Below are positions 14,406 to 24,699 of a stretch of DNA of 64,000 nt, one piece after another. Source of the stretch: Daphnia carinata (lineage: Eukaryota); NCBI RefSeq assembly GCF_022539665.2, contig NC_081332.1, forward strand, positions 3,472,001 through 3,536,000, read 5' to 3'. Made by a program: the position numbers and the translations under genes. Under the pieces are notes generated by a model that saw only the letters and a list, made by a program, of their open reading frames with translations, did no database searches and was not told where the DNA came from. How positions within the stretch are numbered: the stretch's first letter is position 1; every line of letters starts with the position of its first letter.

Positions 14406-15950
14406 AAAAAGAAGTAGATTCACATATGCAGGTAATACGTTAAAATAGTGTTTTGCAGGTACAAGAATTACACATACATATTTAAACTTTATTGATAAGA
14501 TTTTCGATGTTTAATAATTTCTATTTACATTCAGAAGTAACCGTTTAGTAATGTGAATTAAAGGACATGACTATATGATGAATACCAGCAGTGATGAAAC
14601 CTAAGAGTAGCAACAAACATAAAAAGTATGGTACTATAAATTTTTTAATTAATTAGTGGTACTTAACAAATTTCAATACCTCATTTGAATCAGTTTGAAA
14701 GGCAGCCAGAGTAACCACGCCAGCACCTACTCACTCATGGATTGAAAGGGTCGTTCCTAAAAGAAATGGAATGCTATTGGTAACAGTTTGATTTAATTAA
14801 GAATTAGTTTACTAACATAGATTTACAACTAATTTAATCGAAGTAGAGATAGAGATATCCTCTAACTTTCTACAATTAAAGAAGACAATGAAGCTAGTTA
14901 GCATAAATTCAGTTTACCTGATAAGCGAATCGATCGACGATGGTGATATAGTTGTGGTACATTTGTAGAGGCAAGACTCCGTACGAATGTTAATATCTAG
15001 CGTCTAGACGACGCCTTAAATACTCGCAGACACGTGTCACATTATTGCTTTCCCGGAAGTAGAGCGTAGGGTAGAGGGACCTAATTCTGAAGGTCGATAG
15101 GTTGAAGGGCAAATTTTTATTTCCAGGTGAGCCCGAGGTTATAGCCATTCCCCATCGATTGACCCTAGGTTACTTGGTTTTTTTTATTTTCTTTTCTTTT
15201 TTTTTTTTTTTTTTTGCATTTTTCTTGTTTCTTTCCAAGTGCCTAAAACAGATGAAGAACCTCGGGCATACACAAAAAAGGCGAGGGGAGGGGGGATGAA
15301 GCAAAAAAGAAGCTAGAAGCTCAGTAGCTCAGTAGCTCTTTCACCTGCACGCGGTGCACTAGTGTACATTTGTTGCTTGAAATCCACGTCTAATTATTCT
15401 TAGAACTTTCGCACGTGCAGCCAGCTTTCGCAATTTGTAGATTCATCAATTACGCATCAATAACGCACTGCATCAGCACCTGGGTTAGCCTCTGCACTGG
15501 ATTTGTTTAGTTGGGTAGTACGATAAGTCTAGATGAAATAGATAAACGTAGATTAAGTTAAGGATAAGTAGGTCTAAAGTTAAGTTAAGAGTAAGGCTAC
15601 TTTAAGTAAGGCGTAAGCGTAGTCCACCTCAATTCGTTACCTTTGCACAACACTATCTCAGCCACTTTCTTTCACTTTTTTATGCAATTATGAACCGTAG
15701 TCGTTGTTCGCAAACCATTTTCTTACTAAAAATCGTACATTTCAACTTTTTCACACAATTTCCACATGAACTGCCAATCCAAACAACCTCCTGATCATTA
15801 TCGAACGATTAATAACCAATTTATTTTCAGGAAATTTTTATCCAATGTAACTGTAATTTGTGTATCTGATCCTGTTAGAATTAAGATGACACTTATTGCT
15901 GATGAAATATTCAAAAGAAAAATGTTTTTTTTTCTCTTTTGTACAATCAG

Positions 15951-17720
15951 GAGGGTAATCTCTGGGGCCGAAGAGGACACTGGACAATGAGGATCGCCGT
16001 CGCAGCCACTCTAATATAGCCAAGGATTTTGAGGTATTTATTTAAAAATTCAGTATCTAACCATTTATTTTTATTTATTTATACCGATCTGGGAAGGCAA
16101 CGTCTCTACCGAAGAGGACCTTTGGACAACGGGGGTTATCGGCAGGATATCCGCCCAAAATTCCAAGGTATTTCAAAAATTGAAGTTCCTTACCATGTTC
16201 ATTGTATTAATCTGTGTATAGGAGGGCTGGCAACACTACCGAGAAGGATTACTCGACGTCAGGGGATCGCCGCCGAAGTCGCCAATAATTGCCAGGTATA
16301 ACTTAAATAATTGTAAGTGTTTAATCGTGTTTTTTTTTATGTATTTAGGATGGTCCACATCAACACCGCGGTGGGCTACTGGACAACGAGGTTCGCTGTC
16401 GGAGCCACCAGGAACAGTCGCCAAAAATTGTGAAGTATTTATTTGAAAGTCTTTGGTTGTGAACTATGATTTAATTTTTTTTATGTATTTAGGAGGGCTT
16501 CACCGCCATCGAAGAGGATGCTGGACATCGAGGATTGTTGCTGGAGTAAGAAGATGGTCGCAATGGATGTATCAGGTATATGTTATACACGTTAAGTAAT
16601 CGTGTTTTTATTTATGTATTTAGGATGGTCCACATCACCATCGAAGAGGGCAACTGGATAGCGACGCTCGCCGACGGAACCACCAGGATGATGGCCTTAA
16701 GTTATCAAGTATTTCATTGAAAGTTTAACCATCATTTCATTCACCGTTAGTTTATTTTGTTTTTTTTATGTGTTTAGGAGGGTGTCATCATTGCCGAAGA
16801 TGACCACTGGACAACGTGGTTCGCAGGTCGTATCCACCAGGATTATCGCCCAAACTTGTCAAGTATTTAATTGAAATTTGTATGTTTTACACCATTTTAT
16901 TTTGTTTTTGTATGTATTTAGGAGGGCTCCACCACCATCGAAGAGCATACTGAGCATCGAGGATCGCCGCTGTAGCGACGAGATTGTCGGCACGGGTATT
17001 GAGGTTTTTTTAAAATACGTCTAAGTGTTAAATCACGTGTTTTTTTTTTTTATGTATCCGAAAGGGCTTCACCACCACCAAAGAGGACGCTGGAGCACCG
17101 ATATCGTACCGTGGATGTTTCAGGTACATCATTTACTCGTTTAATTGTCTAGTCATTTTTTAAAATGTATTTAGGAGGGCTCCATCATCGCCGAAGAGGA
17201 TCACTAGACAAGGAGGTTCGCCGTCGGAGCTACAAGGATCGTCGCCCAATATTGTCAAGTATTTCATTGAAAGTTTTACGTCTTACACCATTAATTTATT
17301 TTGTTTTTGTGTGTTTACGAGGGCGCCATCGTCGCCGAAGAGGAATATTGGGCAGCGTGGTTCGCTGTAGGAGTCACCAGTATTGTCACCCAAAATCGTC
17401 AGGTATTTCATTCAAAGTTATAAGTTTTACACTATGATCTCATCTTGTTTTAATGTATTTAGGAGCGCGGCATCACCATCTGAGAGGATGCTGGACATCG
17501 AGGATCGCCGCTGGAGCAACGAGATTGTCGCAATGGATGTTTCAGGTATATTTCTTTACATGTTTATTTGCCTAACCATGTTTTTTGAATGTATTTAGGA
17601 GGTCTCCGTCGTCGCTGAATAGGACCACCGGACGTCGTGGAGTGTCGTTGGAGCAACGGAAATCGCCGCCCATTCCGTCGTACACGCCCATTAGGTCGAT
17701 GGGGGGAAAAAAAATAGTAC
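15951..17720 (+). repeat. Tandem array of ~13 exon-like GC-rich units separated by intron-like AT-rich spacers (putative spliced lncRNA or decayed repeat gene)
   Basis: Units start after atgtatttAG|gagggc / AG|gatggtc and end at caa|GTattt or cag|GTat. Lengths 74, 86, 83, 85, 85, 84, 83 nt etc. Shared core catc.ccgaagagga.c.ctggaca.cgagg.tcgc. Confidence 0.85.
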
Positions 17721-19724
17721 GGTTGAGTATTGCCTAATTGGCATTTTTCTACTTTATTCCATGTTACTCGTGTGTTTTACAAATGTGTTGCTCTTGTCCT
17801 TTGTTCCTTACCGTTATTTTTCCTTACGCATTACAGCTTATAGTTTTAACTTTCACTTAGCAAGCAAATTCACTACACCTGTACCCCACGGTTCACTCAC
17901 GGTTTGTTTGCATTTTTGCACCGGGTTGGGATTAGCTAATCAGGTAATGTAGGCCTGCTTACATTGGTTTCAGGCCAAGGATTTAGTTGGTACAGGTTAC
18001 TAACACTTTCTACTTCTAAAAAAAAAATAAAAAAAAAAATCTATTTTATGTCTGCATACTCTTCTTTTTGGGTATGGTTTAGTGGCTTCAGTAACATAAA
18101 TAAAATAATAATCGCGTGCGACCGGGTTGCAAACCCCGATTTGACAACCCGACAAAAACGTGATGGGCCAGTATCCAACCTGTCCCGTAGGCAAGAATGA
18201 ACAATCCGCTGGACAAGAAACCGGTTCGAGCGATACGGGTTTGTGGGGTTGATTGGTCTCAGTTTTACTCAACGAAATGGATGTGTTGCAACGCTGTCTC
18301 AAACGTCTGCACAGGAGTCCTTACCTCAGTTTTTTCTGAGGATACAGGTACATATTTGACAATTTCCCGATTCTTTATTTAGCATTTAATTCAGCTTTGT
18401 TTGTTTTAGAATATAGAAGACTGGAAGGGAACGCGAAGATATAGCAAAACCAAACACAATTCACGATGATTGGCCGCAGGGTTAAAATGGTAGTGAGGTA
18501 TAGTACACCATGCGACTATAGAATACTAATATGTAAAGCCTTGACTACAAAATCAACGGAGTCTTAGCAATCCTCCTTGATCGCAAAATTCAGACCAGGA
18601 TCGTGAGTTGCATTTCATTTAATTAATTTCATATAAAAAAAAAATAAGCTCAGTAGCTGGTTCACCTGCAAACGATATGCATTAATGTAGATCATCGCTT
18701 CAAAAGACGGTGTAGTGATTCAGGGAATTTTCATACGTTTATGTAGTTTTCGTCTACAAGCTGAATATGTTCTTTTGTTTTTTTTTCTGTTTTTGTTTTT
18801 TGTGTACAAACTGACTAGAATAACAAAGCGTGTGGGGAATTGTATATTGGAAAGTGGAGCATGTTTTGCTTGATTCAAAATTAATGCTCAACGAAGAAAA
18901 ATGTTAGGGAATGATTTTTAAGAAAGGAAATTATTCACAAAATAAATTTATCGGGTTGTCTATTTAATACACCAGCCCACGGGAAAGGAAATGGTACTGC
19001 AAAAAATAATATAAATAATCAATGGAAAATATATAGCACTTCTAAGGAGCAGGATGGGAATATTGAGACTTCATTAATTAATCGTTGATTGTTTTAAGAA
19101 AAAAATTGTAAAGAATGATTACTTCAGTTGTACAATAATGATAATTGTTTTAAAATAAGGATGTAGTTACGTCATTTCACTGTTTAATAATTGAACTGTA
19201 TAAATAATTATTTAAAAAATTATTTTACATAATATGACAAATGTTATTAGTAATGTTAATATGATTGTCTGAATACTAATCGCTTTCAAAGCATCATTGC
19301 TTGTGATCACATGTCTGATAAAAATGAATATGGGGCTAATAAAAAATAACTTATTACTCGCTACATAAATTGTGATTCAAGCCGTGGTGCTTGTACATTT
19401 TGTGGGGTTTTTCCCTCGTTGAATTTATTGTTTTTTTATTTTTTCTGCTGTCTGTAATGTTGTATGTGTTGTGTTTTGTTGTCTCCTTTTTCCTAGCGTT
19501 TGATTAGCGAAAGGTTAGTAAGTTTTAATGTAATGACGATTATATTGTGATTTAACCTCGTGTATATTAGAAGTACCGATTTAAGTTTTCGTTTATAGTC
19601 TGTATTTTTATTACCAGGGAAACATATACATATTCATTTTACACAATTTATTATAACTGAAACATTTACACAAATGACACTACATACAACAACTATACAC
19701 AATTTGACACCCATTGAATTTTCC

Positions 19725-19794
19725 GTAACTCTGTGGTATTGAACCCTAATATTCGGCGTAGCTTGCCGATGCTCAACCATTGAGCTATAGTCAC
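19725..19794 (-). pseudogene. tRNA-like cloverleaf (left-arm copy), loop AAGCTAC
   Basis: gtgactatagctcaatggttgagcatcggcaagctacgccgaatattagggttcaataccacagagttac. A-box and B-box like motifs, intact D and anticodon stems, mismatches in T and acceptor stems. Confidence 0.7.
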
Positions 19795-19860
19795 TTACAA
19801 TTTCAAGGTTTTATACCTTGAGTCAACGCACGAAAATATTGTATAGTTAATGTTTTAATC

Positions 19861-20345
19861 TTGCTATACTATTTGTCAGTCTGACCAGTAAGTGTATGTG
19901 TATCATGGCGTATGTGTAGAGGTTCCAATTACGGTGTGAGAAGTTTGAGGTTCAAATCCAGTAAGGTATAGAAATAACAAAAAAGCATTAATTAAACGTA
20001 ACAAATTTTTACTGTTACTTATATTTAACCTTGCTATAGCATTTACACTTTGCTATACTAATTGGCAGTCTGACCAATTAATATATATGTTTCATGGCAT
20101 GTCTGTAGAGGGTCCGGCTACCATGTCAGAAGACAAAGGTTCAACTCCATTAAGGGGTTAAAATAAAAATCGAAAATTGAATAAGATATATTATATTTTA
20201 ACTCCCACTCAAATTTTTGAAAATGTGTAAAAGATGACGCTTCGCTATACCATTGGTTAGTCTGACCATACATTTCCAAAATGTTATAGCTTATGTGTAG
20301 AGAATCCGGCTACGGTATGAGAAGACTAGGTTTCAAATCGTAGGC
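19861..20345 (+). repeat. Three ~190 bp tandem units each containing a degenerate tRNA-like head
   Basis: Leader (t/c)gctatac...gtctgacca at ~19861, ~20050, ~20243. B-box-like ggttcaaatcc (19949), ggttcaactcc (20138), gtttcaaatcg (20330). Mirrored at ~21600-22070. Confidence 0.75.
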
Positions 20346-20456
20346 ATTGTTAAAGTTGCATGCATTAAATACATTTATGTTTATTATATTATATTTATTG
20401 AATATGTGTAATAGGTTGTCTAAAGATGACTTGCAAAAATGGTTGTCAGCAGAATG

Positions 20457-20529
20457 TGACTCATGGCTCAATGGTAGAGCATTGGCTTCGTAAGTCGAAT
20501 GATTTGGGATCGATCCCCAAAAGAGTTCA
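20457..20529 (+). pseudogene. tRNA-Thr(CGT)-like pseudogene
   Basis: D arm gctc-aatggta-gagc, anticodon arm ttggc-ttCGTaa-gtcga, T arm ttggg-atcgatc-cccaa. Acceptor stem imperfect and T loop starts ATC. Confidence 0.7.
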
Positions 20530-20697
20530 ATCCTAAAATAAATGATTCAAATGAACGAATAGTATCTTCAAAGTTTTCTGAAATTGCAATTGCTATGCGA
20601 CAATCCCAAAAGTAAAATACATGATATAAAATGAATTTCTATACAATGCATAAGTTTTCTAACGTTCATTTACTATCATCTGTCTATACAGAGGACA

Positions 20698-20845
20698 ATG
20701 GCTACGGTTAAAATCCGTTGTAAATTATACAAATTTCTAGATACTCTATAAAGAGTGACATATCATATTTACTATGCTACGGTTAAAAACCATTATAAAT
20801 TATACAAATTTCTATATACTCAATAAAGAGTAACATACCATATTT
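20698..20845 (+). repeat. Two ~75 bp tandem copies in the palindrome spacer
   Basis: gctacggttaaaa.cc.tt.taaattatacaaatttcta.atactc.ataaagagt.acata.catattt occurs twice. Confidence 0.85.
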
Positions 20846-20889
20846 ATTGAAATTTTTTCCTTTTTTCGAGATTAACATTTGGTAAAATA

Positions 20890-21052
20890 TCCGTTCGCGT
20901 GCTTCGCACGAAGTTACCCAACTCGACTGGCCCCGTGGAATCGTGACACCTGGGAAGGTAGGAAGACTGTGGAATCGGAGACCTGACTGGGAATCGAACC
21001 AGGAAGCTTCGAGTTGGGAAGCGGACGCTTTGCCTTTCTGGCATCTGCCCCC
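20890..21052 (-). mobile_element. GC-rich tRNA-headed element (SINE-like or structured RNA) at the palindrome centre
   Basis: Minus strand has a ttCCCaa loop-like motif and a perfect B-box GGTTCGATTCC (21000-20990). 10 bp internal complement cccaactcga/tcgagttggg and terminal hairpin cgtgc-gaa-gcacg. Confidence 0.5.
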
Positions 21053-21413
21053 CTATATCCCCCCACTAGGGTAAGGTTTTCTATTGACTTGCGCGCACTG
21101 TTCTGTTACGTAAGTGTTAAAGACTTAAACTTTCCTGAAGTGTCACAAGTATCTTAATGGTAGAGCATAGACATAGTTATATGGGATTTGAACCCACGCA
21201 ATTCAACTATGTTCGTTGTGCAGAAAGGAAAATTTAATAATGGTTTTTGCATTTAGATTGCTGCATATATATTGCAATATTTGAATCATTTGATAGAATT
21301 CTAAACATCATGATGGTTTCTGCACTTGGAATTGTTGCATAGCAGTTGCAGTTTTAGAAACCTTGTGCAATGTATAGAATTTAATACATCGTTCATTTGA
21401 ATTATTTTAAGAT

Positions 21414-21486
21414 TAAACTCTTTTGGGGATCGATCCCAAATCATTCGACTTACGAAGCCAATGCTCTACCATTGAGCCATGAGTCA
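21414..21486 (-). pseudogene. tRNA-Thr(CGT)-like pseudogene (right-arm copy)
   Basis: Essentially identical reverse complement of 20457-20529. Confidence 0.7.
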
Positions 21487-22137
21487 CATTCTGCTGACAA
21501 CCATTTTTGCAAGTCATCTTTAGACAACCTATTACACATATTCAATAAATATAATATAATAAACATAAAAGTATTTAATGCATGTATTCCCATAACTTTA
21601 GCAATGCCTACGATTTGAAACCTAGTCTTCTCATACCGTAGCCGGATTCTCTACACATAAGCTATAACATTTTGGAAATGTATTGTCAGACTAACCAATG
21701 GTATAGCGAAGCGTCATCTTTTACACATTTTCAAAAATTTGAGTGGGAGTTAAAATATAATATATCTTATTCAATTTTCGATTTTTATTTTAACCCCTTA
21801 ATGGAGTTGAACCTTTGTCTTCGACATCGTAGCCGGACCCTCTACAGACATGCCATGATACATATACGTTAGTTGGTCAGACTGCCAAATACTATAGCAA
21901 GGTTAAAATATAAGTAACAGTAAAAATTTGTTACGTTTAATTAATGCTTTTTTGTTATTTCTATACCTTACTGGATTTGAACTTCAAACTTCTCACATCG
22001 TAATTGGAACCTCTACATATACGCCATGATACACATACACTTACTGGTCAGACTGACAAATAGTATAGCAAGATTAAAACATTAACTATACATTATTTTC
22101 GTGCGTTGACTCAAGGTATAAAACATTGAAATTGTAA

Positions 22138-22208
22138 GTGACTACAGCTCAATGGTTGAGCATCGGCAAGCTACGCCGAATATTAGGGTTCAATACCCCA
22201 TAGTTACG
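22138..22208 (+). tRNA. tRNA-like cloverleaf with non-canonical anticodon loop (nominal GCT); function uncertain
   Basis: Acceptor gtgacta/tagttac (7 bp, one G-U), D gctc/gagc, anticodon stem tcggc/gccga with loop aagctac, T arm taggg-ttcaata-cccca (one mismatch). Lacks U8, U33 and the Ser long variable arm. Confidence 0.55.
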
Positions 22209-24699
22209 GAAAATTCAATGGGTGTCAAATAGTGTATAGTTGTTGTATGTAGTGTAAATGTTTCAGTTATAATAAATTGTGTAAAGTGAATATGTATATG
22301 TTTCCCTGGTGATAAAAATACAGACTATAAACGAAAACTTAAATCGATACTTCTAATATACACGAGGTTAAATCACAATATAATCGTCATTACATTAAAA
22401 CTTTCTAACCTTTCGCAAATCAAACACTAGTACAAAGATGACAACAAAACACATACAGCATTACAGACAGCAGAAAAAATAAAAAAACAATAAATTTAAC
22501 GAGTGACAAATCTCACAAAATTTTTTACCCCCCCCAAAAAGTTTTTATCACCTAGTTTTTCTATGAAGAATTTCTTTGCACAAGACAGTGTACATTTGTT
22601 GACGTCACACAGTTCCATTTGTTGCAAGATAAGTTTAATTTTTTTTACTGATATTATAACATTACATTTTGACAGTTATGTAATGTTAAACCTTAGTACA
22701 AGGTTTGCCACAGTTTAACAACTTTCTGCAATGTCACGGATAAGATTTAGCTGCTTCATGTGAAACATGTTTAACAGCGTTGTAAAATATCTAATTTTTC
22801 TAGTAAAACCACCCGGCTTGGAACACAATTTGTGTAGCGAGTAATGAGCTGTTTTTTATTATCTCCATGTTCATTTTTATCGGACACGTAACCCGAACAC
22901 AAGCGATGATTTGTTTTGAAAGCGATTAATATTCATACAATTACATTAATATAGTATTAAGCGTCATTACTATTAACGTTTCTCATATTCTATTTGATTT
23001 TTAATCCATTTTCAATAAGCTAAACACCTATAATTTTTTAAATACTGATTTATACGGTTAAACTATTAAACAGATATTATACTTATATACTTATCATTAA
23101 TCAATAATCAGACAACGACTAATGAAATACCAATGTTCCCCATCCCACTCGTTAGAAGTGCTATATATTTTCCATCGATTATTTGTATTATTTTTAGCAA
23201 TATCATTTCGCCCCTGGGCTAGTGTATTAAATAAACCCAATCAGAAAGATATATTTTGTGAATAATTTCCTTTCTTAATAATCTTTCCCTAATATCTTTC
23301 TTCGTTGAACATTAATTTTAAATCCAGCAAAACATGCCCCACTTTCCAATATACAAATTCCTAGTTCATTTAACAGCATCGTCATTCTAGCCAGTTTGTA
23401 CACAAAAAAAAAAGAACATATCCAGCTTGTAGACGAAAACTACATGGGCGTATGAAATTCTCTGAATCACTACACCGTCTTTTGCCGCGATGATCTCCAT
23501 TAATGCATATCGTTTGCAGGTAAACTATCTACTGAACTTATTTTTTTTTAAATGAAATGAATTAAATGAAATGCAACTCACGATTCTGGTCTGAATTCCG
23601 CGATCAAGGAGGATTTCTAAGACTCCGATGATTTCTGTGGTCAAGGCTTTACATATTAGTATTGTATAGTCGCATGCTGAACTATACCGCACTACCATTT
23701 TAACCCTGCGGCCAGTCATCGTGAATCGTTTGATTCTGCTATATCTTCCCGTTCGCTTCAAGTCTTTTATATTCTAAAACAAAAAAAGCTGAATTAAATG
23801 CTAAATAAAGAATCGAAAAATTATCAAATATGTTCCTGTATCCTTGGTTTGAATAACTTTCTGCACTCAAAAAAAGTTGAGGTGAGAAGCTTCATGTGCA
23901 GACATGTTTGTGAGACAGCGTTGCAAAGCAACCACTTCCTTCTCTCATCTCCGCGTTCGTCTTAAGTCTCCAATATTCTAAAACAATCAAAGTTAAGTTA
24001 AATGCCAAATAAATAATCGTTAAATGGAAACTGTCAAATATGTACCGATATCCTTGGTTTGCATAACTTTCTTCACTGCACTAAAAAAAACTGAGGTGAG
24101 GACTCGTGTGCAGACGTTTGTGAGACAGCGTTGCAACACATCCGTTGAGGAAAACGGAGACCAATCAGCCCCACAAACCCGTATCGCTCGAACCGATTTC
24201 TTGTTCAGCGGGTTTTTCATTCTTGCCTATGCGACAGGTTGGAACGGTTGCTGCCCCGTCACGTTTTTGTCGGATTGCCAAATCGGGGTTTACAACCCGA
24301 TCGCACGCGATTATTATTTTATTTATATATTACTCAAGTCAAGAAACCATACTCAAAAGAAGAGTATGAAGACATAAAATAGATTTATTTTGTTTTACTT
24401 TTTATTTTAGAAGTAGTAAGTGTTAGTAAACCTGCACCAACTAAATCCTTGGCCTGAAACCAACGTGAGCAGGCCTACATTACCTGATACGCTAACCCCA
24501 ACCCGGTGCAAAAAAGCGAACAAACCGTGAGTGAACCGTCGGGTACAGGTGTAGTGAATTTGCGTGCTCAGTCAAAGTTAAAACTAAGCCGTCATGCGTA
24601 AGGAAAAATAAAGGTAAGGAATATAGGACAAGAGCAACATATTTGTAAAACACACGAGTAACATGGAATAAAGTAGAAAAATGCCAATTAGGCAATACT

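Larger units (their letters stand above)
14618..20625 (+). repeat. Left arm of ~13 kb imperfect inverted repeat
   Basis: Colinear reverse-complement match to 21308-27742. Examples: 15340 tcacctgcacgcggtgcactagtgtac versus ~27010-27037; 20461 tcatggctcaatggtagagc versus ~21463-21482. Confidence 0.97.

Noticed and set aside
15951..17720. CRISPR-like repeat/spacer array or Dscam-style mutually exclusive exon cluster
   Set aside because: The variable parts are homologous to each other, the context is eukaryotic, and there are no cas genes. Exon lengths differ modulo 3 and no flanking constitutive coding exons were found.
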